From assembly GCA_964651335.1 (NCBI GenBank), contig CAZYVT010000005.1, positions 7,719-71,718 of the forward strand: a stretch of 64,000 bases of DNA, given 5' to 3'. The notes beneath the pieces were generated by a model, which was given only the letters and a program-made list of their open reading frames with translations, had not been told where the DNA came from and did no database searches. This document shows, piece by piece, positions 1-9,487 of this stretch. Numbering within the stretch: the stretch's first letter is position 1; each line of letters begins with the position of its first letter. A program made the position numbers and the translations under genes. The stretch is from an uncultured Enterobacteriaceae bacterium. Lineage in GTDB: Bacteria; Pseudomonadota; Gammaproteobacteria; Burkholderiales; SG8-39.

Positions 1-494
1 CAAATGATTGGCGCCAGATTGGTGTATCCGATTGCTTGGCATCGCTCTTGGATTGTGGAGTGCAGCGGTATGACCGTGTGAACGCCGTTGTTCCGCCGCC
101 GCGATAGACATACGTCTCCAACTACGCAGATTAGTCGACCGCCTGGCACCAGCGCCCGAAAGCAATGCCTCCATACGGCATCCAATCCCTTGTGGAATTC
201 GTTGTAGTCCTCCACGTGGCCCAACTGGTCTTCGTGCTCGTCGTATCGCTTGAGGGTCCAGTAGGGAGGAGATGTAACTGCCAAGTGCACTGATTCCGGC
301 TGCAAGTGCGCCAGTTCTCTTGCGTCGCTGAGGTAAAGGTCATGCGAAGTCGGTAATCCATGTGCCGCTTGCTCAATCTGGGTAAGCAAGTTTCGATTCT
401 TTGCAAGGCGAGGGATGAACTCCTGACGCAGCTCCACGCCCTTAAGTTCAGCGGGGAGCGCGTCGAATAGCGCTGCGTCTTCCATAGGTGTCAT
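1..494 (-). CDS. Site-specific DNA methyltransferase (N4-C/N6-A, probably beta class); 3' part runs off the window
   Basis: Manual translation from ATG 494: MTPMEDAALFD...LQPESVHLAVTSPPYWTLKRY...ALVPGGRLICVVGDV...APIIW. Catalytic motif IV TSPPY; frame open to base 1. Absent from the ORF track. Confidence 0.9.
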   Translation of the reverse strand, partial: MTPMEDAALFDALPAELKGVELRQEFIPRLAKNRNLLTQIEQAAHGLPTSHDLYLSDARELAHLQPESVHLAVTSPPYWTLKRYDEHEDQLGHVEDYNEFHKGLDAVWRHCFRALVPGGRLICVVGDVCLSRRRNNGVHTVIPLHSTIQERCQAIGYTNLAPII

Positions 495-675
495 CCTATC
501 AAGTTTCTTGGAAGCGGTACGGCATTAACGCAGCCGGCCCAGGGATCGGTTGACCGAATTTGGGCATGGACCACGCGCCGCCTCTGAAATAAGTGATCAA
601 CTGCGGCGTTAGACAGAGCATTTCCTGACGCTATGATGCGTTCGCAGTTACGGTTCCGATAGGTGATTGATCTAG

Positions 676-1221
<546 letters not shown>

Positions 1222-1223
1222 CG

Positions 1224-1394
1224 GTGCCGCTTCGCACGGTGGACATGCATAGCCATTTCTTCCCGCGCGAGTGGGAAGACCTGCACAAGCGCCTTGGCGG
1301 CGCCGATTGGCCGTGGATGAAGCATCTCGGCGACGAGGACTGGAATCAAAAATGGGGTCAGACCCCCTTGGCGCTACATCCGGGGAAATGCTGA
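1224..1394 (+). pseudogene. nbaD: N-terminal stub of an ACMS decarboxylase-like amidohydrolase
   Basis: VDMHSHFFPREWEDLHKRLGGADWPWMKH (HxH motif) directly after nbaC; similarity lost after ~40 codons. Confidence 0.75.
1354..1366. repeat. Short palindrome GGGGTC-A-GACCCC (REP-like)
   Basis: Perfect 6-bp arms, single copy in window, located where nbaD similarity ends. Confidence 0.45.
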
Positions 1395-1399
1395 CGGCG

Positions 1400-2227
1400 C
1401 TACTGCCCACGCGCAGCGTCATAGAGCGGCATCACCCTGGGAAGGTTCGCCTCGATCTCCTTGATTCGCGTCTCGTGCGAGGGGTGCGTGGACAGGAACT
1501 GCGGCGGCTGCCCGCGAGCGCTCTGCCCGGGAGCGCTCTGTCCGGCAAGGCGCTGCATCTTGTGCCACACCGAGACCGCGGCGTGCGGATCGAAACCGGC
1601 GCGCGCGGCGAGCTCCATGCCGACGAGATCGGCGTCCGATTCCTGCCTGCGCGCGTAGGGCAGCGTCACGGCGAGGTTCGCCGCCTGCGCCAGCAATTCC
1701 GTCGAGAGCTGGCCCAGATTGAGCAGCGCCGCCGCGACCGAGACGCCGACGCTCTTCAGCACCTGTTCGGACATGCGCGCGCGTCCGTGCTCGAGCAGCG
1801 CGTGCGCGATCTCGTGTCCCATCACCGCGGCCACTTCCTCGTCCGTGAGCTTGAGCGAGTCGAGAATGCCGGTGAAGAACGCGATCTTCCCGCCCGGCAT
1901 GCAGAACGCATTCACCGTCTTCGATTGGATGAGGTTCACTTCCCAGCGCCAGCGCTGCGCGTCCTGGTTGAAGCGGGTCGAGTGCGGGATCAGCGCGCGC
2001 GCGATGTTGCGCAGCCGCTCGACCTCGCGGCGGTCGTTGTTTAGTGCGTTCTTCTGCGCCGCCGCGCGCATGAGCTCCGCGTACTGCTGGCCGGCGCTGC
2101 GCTCCACGGTCGAGGCGGGAAGCAGCCGCAGACCGCTCTTTTTGACATCCACCCCTTCCTGCTGTGGTTGCGCGGCCGCGGCCGCTGCGGCAAGCGAAAG
2201 GACCAGGCCGAGAAACCAGGATCTCAT
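1400..2227 (-). CDS. M48 family zinc metallopeptidase, exported
   Basis: NAFCMPGGKI, GHEIAH, QESDAD, FLSTHPS; N-terminal signal peptide. Confidence 0.92.
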   Translation of the reverse strand: MRSWFLGLVLSLAAAAAAAQPQQEGVDVKKSGLRLLPASTVERSAGQQYAELMRAAAQKNALNNDRREVERLRNIARALIPHSTRFNQDAQRWRWEVNLIQSKTVNAFCMPGGKIAFFTGILDSLKLTDEEVAAVMGHEIAHALLEHGRARMSEQVLKSVGVSVAAALLNLGQLSTELLAQAANLAVTLPYARRQESDADLVGMELAARAGFDPHAAVSVWHKMQRLAGQSAPGQSARGQPPQFLSTHPSHETRIKEIEANLPRVMPLYDAARGQ

Positions 2228-3141
2228 AGCGAATCGAAATGGTCGGCCATTCGTTTCCTCATGGCTGGGTCGGGAATGACGCCGTAGGCTGCGGCAAGAT
2301 TATCCAGCATGTGCTCCGGCCGGCCGGTGCCGGGAATGGCGCAGGTCACGGCGGGGTGGCCGATGATCCACTTGAGGAAATATTGCGCCCAGCTCGCGAT
2401 CCCGATGTCCTTCGCCCAGTCCGGGAGGGATTTTCCCCGCACGCGGCGGAACATGGCGCCTTCGGCGAACGGACGATTGGCGATGACCGCAACGCCGCGC
2501 GCCTGCGCGAGCGGCAGGAGCCTTTGCGCCGACTCGGGCTCGCCGAGCGAGTAGTTGATCTGCAGAAAATCGTACCGATTCGCCTTGAGCAGGCGCTCCA
2601 CCTCCGCATACGCAGACGAGGCGTAGTGCGTGATGCCGATGTACCGTACCCTGCCCCTTTGCTTCCATTCCGCGAGCGTCCTGGTGTGCGTGCCGACATC
2701 GAGCAGATTATGCACTTGCATCAGATCCATGCGTTGCACGCGCAGGCGCGAAAAGGAGCGCTCCATCAGGCGGATGCCTTCGTCGCGGCCGCTGGCCCAC
2801 ACCTTGGTGGCGAAAAAAAGCTGCTGCTGCTGCAGGCCGAGTTCGGCGGCGAGATCGCCGAGCACCGACTCGCTCGCGCCGTACATGGACGAAGAGTCCA
2901 CCACCTTGGCGCCCGCCCGCGCGAACGCTGCAAGCACCTCGCGAAGCGGCGCGCGCCCTGGTGCGTCGTTGCCGACATCGAACACTTGCCACGTGCCAAG
3001 CCCGATCGCGGGAAGGCGCTCGCCCGTGGATGGAATCGGTCGCGCAAGCAATGCAGGCGACTGAGCGGGAGCGGGCTTCACGGCGAGAGCCGCGGCAAGG
3101 ACGCCGAGCGAGCGGAGCGTGGCGCGCCGGGCGCGGTCCAT
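2224..3141 (-). CDS. Aldo/keto reductase with twin-arginine-like leader
   Basis: IGLGTW, DSSSMYG, ATKVW, DLMQVHN, IPGT; leader MDRARRATLRSLGVLAAALA. Start ATG 3141 (ORF track uses 3147). Confidence 0.9.
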   Translation of the reverse strand: MDRARRATLRSLGVLAAALAVKPAPAQSPALLARPIPSTGERLPAIGLGTWQVFDVGNDAPGRAPLREVLAAFARAGAKVVDSSSMYGASESVLGDLAAELGLQQQQLFFATKVWASGRDEGIRLMERSFSRLRVQRMDLMQVHNLLDVGTHTRTLAEWKQRGRVRYIGITHYASSAYAEVERLLKANRYDFLQINYSLGEPESAQRLLPLAQARGVAVIANRPFAEGAMFRRVRGKSLPDWAKDIGIASWAQYFLKWIIGHPAVTCAIPGTGRPEHMLDNLAAAYGVIPDPAMRKRMADHFDSL

Positions 3142-3147
3142 GCGCAC

Positions 3148-3160
3148 ATTCTAGTAAAGT
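3148..3160. promoter_or_regulatory. Back-to-back -10 elements of a bidirectional promoter
   Basis: Minus-strand TAGAAT (3153-3148) 6 nt before ATG 3141; plus-strand TAAAGT (3155-3160) 9 nt before ATG 3170; no RBS on either side. Confidence 0.5.
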
Positions 3161-3169
3161 CCGGCATCG

Positions 3170-4522
3170 ATGGACGACCGCACAGTGCAGAATGGAAATG
3201 AGACGGTTCTGCGGCGCTGGCTGGCACGGGTGGTCGCCGCGCGCCCGGAGGAAATCGCGGCGCTCGGCTGGTCATTTGCCTATTTCTTCTGCCTGCTCGC
3301 CGGCTATTACGTGCTGCGGCCGCTGCGCGACGAGATGGGCGTCGCCGGTGGCGTGCGCAACCTGCAATGGCTGTTCACCGCCACGTTCATCACCATGCTG
3401 GCCGCGGTGCCGGTCTACGGCGCGCTGGTCGCGCGGCTGCCGCGGCGCCGTTTCATTCCGATTGTCTATCATTTCTTCGTCTTCAATCTCGCCGCATTCT
3501 GGCTCTTGCTGACTCTCGATGCCGGCAAGCTGCACGTCGCGCGTGTGTTTTTCGTCTGGATCAGCGTCTTCAACCTGTTTGCGGTGTCGGTGTTCTGGTC
3601 GTTCATGGCGGACCTGTTTACCGCCGAGCGGGGCAAGCGCCTGTTCGGCTTCATCGCCGCCGGCGGAAGTGCAGGCGCGCTCGCCGGTCCGGCGCTGACA
3701 ATATCGCTTGCGGTCCCGCTCGGGCCGGTCAACCTGCTCATCGTGGCGGCGCTGCTGCTGGAGGCGGCAGTACTGTGCGCGAAGCGGGTGGAGTCCGCGG
3801 CGGCCAATCCCGGCGGCGAAGCCGCCGTATCGGCGGTGACAGCTTCCGGTGCGCGCGCCGAACCGGGCGGACTCGGCGGAGGATGGCTGGCGGGTATCGC
3901 GATGGTGCTGCGATCACCTTATCTTGCGGGCATTGCGCTCTGGGTCACGATGCTCTCCATTGCCGGCACCTTCCTGTATTTTCAGCAGGCGAATATCGTC
4001 GCTGCCGCGTCCGACGATCCCGCGGTACGCACCCGGATCTTCGCTTCGATCGACCTCGCTGTCGGTGTCCTTACGGTCGCAATTCAGTTCTTCGCGACCG
4101 GGCGCCTGCTCGCGCGCTTCGGTGTCGGCGCGGCGGCGGGCGTGCTGCCGGCGGTGTTCGCGGCCGGTTTTGCGGCGCTCGCGGCGTCGCCCGCGCTCGC
4201 GGTGGTGATCGCGTTTCAGGCGATCCAGCGGACCGCCAATTTCGCGATTTCGAATCCGGCGCGCGAAGTGCTCTTCACCGTGCTTGCGCGGGAGGAGAAG
4301 TACAAGGCGAAAAATGTGATCGACGTGGTCGTGTTCCGCGGCGCCGATGCGGCCGGAGGGTGGCTGTTCGCGGTGCTGCGCGCCGGGGGCCTCGAACTCG
4401 CGTCGATTTCGCTCGCCGCGATTCCGCTGATGGCGGCGTGGCTCGCCCTCGCACTCGCACTCGGGCGCGCCCAGGAGCGCCGCGCCGCAGCACCGAGCCC
4501 AACAATCTCCGGAGGAAGCTGA
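3170..4522 (+). CDS. MFS transporter, NTT/TLC (NTP/NDP exchange)-like
   Basis: About 12 hydrophobic segments; YYVLRPLRDEMG, SVFWSFMAD, RLFGFI, EEKYKAKNVIDVVVFRGAD. Confidence 0.8.
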   Translation: MDDRTVQNGNETVLRRWLARVVAARPEEIAALGWSFAYFFCLLAGYYVLRPLRDEMGVAGGVRNLQWLFTATFITMLAAVPVYGALVARLPRRRFIPIVYHFFVFNLAAFWLLLTLDAGKLHVARVFFVWISVFNLFAVSVFWSFMADLFTAERGKRLFGFIAAGGSAGALAGPALTISLAVPLGPVNLLIVAALLLEAAVLCAKRVESAAANPGGEAAVSAVTASGARAEPGGLGGGWLAGIAMVLRSPYLAGIALWVTMLSIAGTFLYFQQANIVAAASDDPAVRTRIFASIDLAVGVLTVAIQFFATGRLLARFGVGAAAGVLPAVFAAGFAALAASPALAVVIAFQAIQRTANFAISNPAREVLFTVLAREEKYKAKNVIDVVVFRGADAAGGWLFAVLRAGGLELASISLAAIPLMAAWLALALALGRAQERRAAAPSPTISGGS

Positions 4523-4523
4523 A

Positions 4524-5489
4524 ATGACGGACCCGCGCACCATCTCGACGTTCGGCACGCGTCTCTCCCGCCGCACGTTCCTTGCGCTAGGCGGCGCAAT
4601 CGCCGCCGCCACGCTCGCGCGCACGCCGGCGATCGCGGCCGAAGGCCCGCTGCTGACGCGCGCAATTCCGCGTAGCGGCGAGCCCCTGCCGGCGCTGGGA
4701 CTCGGCACCGCGATCGTGTTCGATATCGGCGAAGATGCGGCGCGCCGTGCCGAAAGGCAAGCCGTGCTCCGCACGCTGCTCGATGGCGGCGCGCGCGTCG
4801 TCGATACTGCGCCCTCGTACGGCCGCGCAGAGACGGTACTGGGCGAGCTGCTCTCCGGCCTTGGCGCGCGCGAGCAGGTGTTCCTTGCGACTAAAGTGCG
4901 CGCCGCGGGGCGCGAGGCGGCGGAGTCCGAAATGCGTGAGTCGCTGCGGCGGCTGCGCACCGAACGCATCGATCTGATGCAGATTCACAATCCGGGCACC
5001 GATCTCGGCGCCGCGGCGGCGCAGCTCGCGCAATTGCGCGAGTGGAAGCAGCGCGGCGTATTCCGCTACCTGGGCGTGACGCATTCCCAGGAGGCCGCGA
5101 ACGAGCGGCTGATCGACCTCATGCGGCGCGAGCGGCTTGACTTCGTGCAGGTGAACTATTCACTCGGCGAGCGGAGCGTCGAGCAGCGCCTGCTTCCGGC
5201 CGCGGCCGAAACCGGTACTGCGGTGCTCGTGAATCTGCCGTTCGGGCGGGGAAAGCTCTTCGCCGCGGTGCGCGGCCGGCCGCTGCCCGCCTGGTCGGCC
5301 GAGTTCGATGCCGCCAGCTGGGCTCAATTCTTCCTCAAGTACATCCTCGCACACGAGGCGGTGACCTGCGTCATTCCGGGCATGGACAAGCCCGAATACG
5401 CGCTTGACAACTTGGGAGCGGCGCGCGGCCGGCTGCCCGACGCTGCGCTGCGCCGCCGGATGGTGGAGTTCTGGGAGTCGCTGCGTTAG
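4524..5489 (+). CDS. Aldo/keto reductase with Tat signal
   Basis: SRRTFL plus hydrophobic core and AIA-A cleavage; LGLGT, DTAPSYG, ATKV, DLMQIHN. Confidence 0.92.
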   Translation: MTDPRTISTFGTRLSRRTFLALGGAIAAATLARTPAIAAEGPLLTRAIPRSGEPLPALGLGTAIVFDIGEDAARRAERQAVLRTLLDGGARVVDTAPSYGRAETVLGELLSGLGAREQVFLATKVRAAGREAAESEMRESLRRLRTERIDLMQIHNPGTDLGAAAAQLAQLREWKQRGVFRYLGVTHSQEAANERLIDLMRRERLDFVQVNYSLGERSVEQRLLPAAAETGTAVLVNLPFGRGKLFAAVRGRPLPAWSAEFDAASWAQFFLKYILAHEAVTCVIPGMDKPEYALDNLGAARGRLPDAALRRRMVEFWESLR

Positions 5490-5514
5490 CGCCGACGGCC
5501 GCTCAGCGATCGAT

Positions 5515-6246
5515 TCAGGAACCGATGCCGAGGACCTTGCGTAACTCGCGCGCCGTAAGCGCCTTGCCTAACACCGGCGTCCCGTAGTCGAATTCCTTCG
5601 CCCGCGCGAGCGGCCCTACGACCACCGGCTCGAAGCCCGCATCCTGGACCAGGCGTATCGCGATCTTGAGCGCAGCTTCGTCATCGGCCGCGAGCGGGAT
5701 CGCAACCCGCTCGCCCGAACGGTGCGCCTCGCTGCGTATCGAGTTGTATCCGACGCTGTTGAACGCACGCACCAGCCGCACTCCGGGCAGAAACTCGGCC
5801 GACGCGATACCGGTGCCCTTCGCCCGGGCCTCCACGGCCATGTCGCCGTCGCGGGCCTGGACCGGGTTGCAGGTATCGAGCACCACCTTGCCCTTCAGTT
5901 CGGCGGCGAGATCGCGGCCGATTTGTGGCAGCGCCGAATAAGGAACCGAGACCAGCACGACCTCGCCGAATGCGGCCGCCTCGCGGGGCGTTCCCGCGCG
6001 CGCCCTGGGCCCGAGGCTCGCGACCAGCTCCTTGACCTCGCCGATCTCGCGCGCCGAGAACATCACCTCGTAGCCGGCCTTCACCCAGAACCCGCCGATC
6101 GTGCCGCCGATCCGGCCCGAACCGATGACGCCGATCTTCATGGTCTTGTCGTCGGCGGGACGCGCCGCGAGCGGCATGCCTGCCAGGGCGACCGCCACGC
6201 CAAGCAACTCGCGGCGGCGCTGATTCACCGGTTGATTCGTTTTCAT
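5515..6246 (-). CDS. NADP oxidoreductase (F420-dependent NADP reductase-like family) with twin-arginine-like leader
   Basis: GVIGSGRIG Rossmann motif, LDTCNP, VRAFNS, GFEPVVVG; leader QRRRELLGVAVALAG; start ATG 6246. Confidence 0.85.
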   Translation of the reverse strand: MKTNQPVNQRRRELLGVAVALAGMPLAARPADDKTMKIGVIGSGRIGGTIGGFWVKAGYEVMFSAREIGEVKELVASLGPRARAGTPREAAAFGEVVLVSVPYSALPQIGRDLAAELKGKVVLDTCNPVQARDGDMAVEARAKGTGIASAEFLPGVRLVRAFNSVGYNSIRSEAHRSGERVAIPLAADDEAALKIAIRLVQDAGFEPVVVGPLARAKEFDYGTPVLGKALTARELRKVLGIGS

Positions 6247-6342
6247 CGCCGTAATATTACGCCTCCGGTTCCGTACAGGCGATAGACCGCCATCGACACG
6301 CTCGAAAAGCGCCTTTGGGCCGCGGTCACTGCATAATCCTCC

Positions 6343-6465
6343 ATGGCCAACGCAAACGACAAATCCCTTGAATCCTGGATCTGGGACGCAGCCTGTTCCA
6401 TTCGCGGCGCGAAGGATGCGCCCAAGTTCAAGGACTACAGCCTTCATTTTGGCTACAACCTGTAG
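6343..6465 (+). pseudogene. hsdM: Type I R-M HsdM N-terminal stub (40 aa)
   Basis: Manual translation [32 protein letters not shown] then TAG; resembles the HsdM N-terminal domain. Confidence 0.8.
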
Positions 6466-6544
6466 CCAGATTGACCAAGGCGTCGCTCTTCTTCGGCGAT
6501 CTGATAGACCGGTTCATGACGACGCAGCTTTACGTTCACACACG

Positions 6545-7552
6545 ATGAGCAACGAACCCCAATCCCGGTTTCTCCTCTACCAAACCAGCGACGGCCAGAC
6601 TCGGTTGGAGGTCCGCCTGGAGAACGAGACGGTCTGGCTGTCGCAAATTCAGATGGCCGAGCTGTTTCAAACCTCCATTCCGAACGTGAGCATGCACATT
6701 CGAAATGTCTTCGCGGAAGGCGAATTACAGCCGGGGTCAGTGGTTAAGGAATTCTTAACAACTGCCGCCGATGGCAAAAACTACCAGACCAAGTTCTACA
6801 ACCTCGACGTAATCATCTCCGTGGGCTACCGCGTGAAGTCGCACCGCGGCACTCAGTTCCGAATCTGGGCGACGCAGCGGCTGCGGGAATACATCGTCAA
6901 AGGCTTTTTGCTGGATGACGAGCGGCTCAAGCGGGGAGGGGGCGGGAATTACTTCGAGGAACTGCTGGCCCGCATCCGCGACATCCGGTCGTCGGAGAAG
7001 GTGTTCTGGCGCAAGGTGCTGGAGATTTACGCGACGAGCATTGACTATGACCCGGGCGAAGAGGCGTCGCAGGTGTTCTTCGCCACGGTGCAGAACAAGA
7101 TGCATTGGGCGGCGCACGGGCAGACGGCCGCTGAAATGGTGCATGGGCGTGTGGACGCCGGGAAACAAAACCTGGGGATGACAACATGGCTGGGCGGGAA
7201 ACCGACGAAGGAGGAAGCAGCCATCGCGAAGAATTACCTGAGGGCGGAGGAACTGGAAGGGCTGAATCGCATCGTGACGGCGTATCTGGAATTTGCCGAA
7301 CTTCGCGCGCTGAATCGCCAGCCCATGTATATGCGGGACTGGATCGCCAAGCTGGAGGATTTCCTGCGCCTGAGCGGCCGGGAGATTCTCACGCACGCGG
7401 GCAAGATTTCGCACCAGCAGGCGTTGCGGAAGGCGGAACGGGAATTTGAAAAGTTTCGGGTTCTTGAGCTTGCCCAGCCCTCGCAAGTGGAAAAGGACTT
7501 CGACGAAGCGGTGAAGAAACTGCGCAAGCCGCGGCCCAAGAAAAAAGAGTGA
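6545..7552 (+). CDS. rhuM: RhuM family protein
   Basis: ETVWLSQIQMAELFQ, YNLDVIISVGYRVKSHRGTQFRIWAT, IRDIRSSEKVF, VQNKMHWA. Confidence 0.92.
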   Translation: MSNEPQSRFLLYQTSDGQTRLEVRLENETVWLSQIQMAELFQTSIPNVSMHIRNVFAEGELQPGSVVKEFLTTAADGKNYQTKFYNLDVIISVGYRVKSHRGTQFRIWATQRLREYIVKGFLLDDERLKRGGGGNYFEELLARIRDIRSSEKVFWRKVLEIYATSIDYDPGEEASQVFFATVQNKMHWAAHGQTAAEMVHGRVDAGKQNLGMTTWLGGKPTKEEAAIAKNYLRAEELEGLNRIVTAYLEFAELRALNRQPMYMRDWIAKLEDFLRLSGREILTHAGKISHQQALRKAEREFEKFRVLELAQPSQVEKDFDEAVKKLRKPRPKKKE

Positions 7553-7555
7553 GCC

Positions 7556-7591
7556 ATGCCCGCACCCGGTGAACATAAAACCGTCCAGGCT
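7556..7591 (+). pseudogene. hsdR: 12-codon HsdR 5' stub
   Basis: MPAPGEHKTVQA matches the start of the remnant at 10893. Confidence 0.65.
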
Positions 7592-7606
7592 AGTACCAGC
7601 CGACGG

Positions 7607-9331
7607 CTATCTGGGCATGCAGCACTTCTTGTACCGCTTACCGCTGCCGCACGGGCACGGCGCTTTGGGATTCGGTGGAGAACCTTCGCCAGACCAAACC
7701 CAGCGAGAGCGAGCGGGATCTTCGGAGGCTTTGGCCTCGCGAGCCTTCGCGTTCGGCAAGGGCGCAAACCAATCCCGTCCCCCTGCCGCCAACCCGGTAT
7801 TGCGCGACTGGATGTAGCTGTCGACTTCACTTTGCTTCGTGATATCGACGCCGGCGTCTTGCATGCCCATGAATAGCGACTTCGCCATGCCGAAGTTCCC
7901 GGGATCCCGCGCCGCGGCATCGAAGCGATTGCGCTTGCTTTTGATGCGCTTGCGAATCGCGTCGGCCGTTCGGTTGCCGACAAGGTGCGACTGTTCGGCC
8001 CAATCGAAAAAGGCCGTCAGGATCTCCGGCGTCTTCGCGATCAAGTCCTCGTCCGCGGACACCTTTCGCGGGAAGTAATCGAGCAGGTATTCTTCGACGA
8101 GCGCCGCGGTCCAGCCGACGGCTCGGCCGTCGGCGTAGTTGATCTTGAACTCACAGAGATTGTCGCAGCAGAATGCCGCGGCGGCGAGCCAATCGTCATC
8201 TCGACCAGCGCTCTTCTGTGCCAACACAAACGACTCGACGATCTCGTGTCCGCGCGCGAGCTCGGTCTCGAGCTCCGCTTCGTCATCAAACGACTCGTCT
8301 TGTTCTTCCCAGGCGCGCCCGGGATGCGGTGCGGCCAGCTCGATGGTTGGCAGCCCCGGCAGGTCCTCAAGCACTATCCGCTCGCTCGCCCGTTTGAAGG
8401 TTCCACCGGCGATGTTGTTTCCATGCCGGGCAAAGAACTCGGTGATCGCCTCGGCGCAAGCGGTGGCAAACACGACGTCGCGCTCGGTGAGCGGGCGAAG
8501 CATGCGATCGGGATCGATCCACTGAATGCGCGGGTAGGAGTTTGCATCGGGTACCCTCCAGCCGTGCTGGTCGATTTCCCGGCGCATCGCCTTCGGGATA
8601 TCCGAGCCGCGTTCGAAGTTGATCGAAAATATCTGCGTGCCGAGATCGATTAGCTGCTTGCCGGCCATGTGCGCATCGCCGCGCTCGGCCATGGCCTCAA
8701 ATCCATCGAGAGAATCGAACACCAGGACACCGAAACTCTCTCCAAGATTGCCAATGATCGACACGACCTTGTCCCGGGCATCGAGCGCCGGGCAGTCGAG
8801 GCGCAGGAGCTGCGAATCGTAGACGTTCTTCCACGGCGCCATCTTCCAGAGCTTGGCCGCTGCCGCAAAGAACCGGCGCATCGTATCGGCCGAGATCTTG
8901 CCGTCTTCGAGATAGCTTGCGTCCTGTTCATCGCGAAGCAATGACGCAGACATGAGCTCGATCACGCGATCGAGCTCCGGCGTTTCTGCGACTTCGATAC
9001 GCACGTCTGGATCGAGCCTGCCGCGCAGAAGAGCCGCGAGCGCGGAATCGGCGACCCTGATGCTGCTGGGACGCCGTGGCTTGCCGGCCATCGGCGCTTT
9101 CATGGCCGAAGCGAGCAACTCTGCTTCGACGCCCAGAGGCTCGCCCGGCTTCAGCGCCTCCGAGGCGAGGATGAGGTCGTTTGTGACGTCGAGCCAGATG
9201 ACCAGCTCCGGGCGGTAGGGCTTGTCTTCCATGACGTAGGACGGCATGAGCCTGCGCCCACCGACCCACTCTTCGGCAACTGTGAGCCGAGGCTGCCTGG
9301 TGCTGACGTTGGTTTTCTCGAGGTTCGCCAT
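7607..9331 (-). CDS. SEC-C motif-containing protein (574 aa)
   Basis: C-terminal PCPCGSGKRYKKCC; long open frame of otherwise unknown function. Confidence 0.8.
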   Translation of the reverse strand: MANLEKTNVSTRQPRLTVAEEWVGGRRLMPSYVMEDKPYRPELVIWLDVTNDLILASEALKPGEPLGVEAELLASAMKAPMAGKPRRPSSIRVADSALAALLRGRLDPDVRIEVAETPELDRVIELMSASLLRDEQDASYLEDGKISADTMRRFFAAAAKLWKMAPWKNVYDSQLLRLDCPALDARDKVVSIIGNLGESFGVLVFDSLDGFEAMAERGDAHMAGKQLIDLGTQIFSINFERGSDIPKAMRREIDQHGWRVPDANSYPRIQWIDPDRMLRPLTERDVVFATACAEAITEFFARHGNNIAGGTFKRASERIVLEDLPGLPTIELAAPHPGRAWEEQDESFDDEAELETELARGHEIVESFVLAQKSAGRDDDWLAAAAFCCDNLCEFKINYADGRAVGWTAALVEEYLLDYFPRKVSADEDLIAKTPEILTAFFDWAEQSHLVGNRTADAIRKRIKSKRNRFDAAARDPGNFGMAKSLFMGMQDAGVDITKQSEVDSYIQSRNTGLAAGGRDWFAPLPNAKAREAKASEDPARSRWVWSGEGSPPNPKAPCPCGSGKRYKKCCMPR

Positions 9332-9392
9332 CGCATATCCGCAGAAGTTTGGCGGATTATCGCAGGAGGGTTGTAGTGGCGTGAAAAGCTAC

Positions 9393-9476
9393 TTGCGCGC
9401 CCCTTAATGTGGCGCGATAATGAATTAACGCGCCATAAACGATTCTTTATGGCGCGATATTCGTAATCGCGCCACA
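9393..9476 (+). promoter_or_regulatory. Sigma70-like promoter overlapped by a nested palindromic operator
   Basis: TTGCGC(9393)-17 nt-GATAAT(9416); 9408-9476 holds four TGGCGCG/CGCGCCA half-sites forming two palindromes that are themselves inverted. Confidence 0.7.
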
Positions 9477-9487
9477 AAAGGGCTTCC

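Noticed and set aside
5515..6246. F420 metabolism
   Set aside because: Family label only; no F420 biosynthesis genes are visible
9408..9476. CRISPR or integron attC interpretation of the repeats
   Set aside because: No spacers, cas genes or integrase; geometry and position fit an operator
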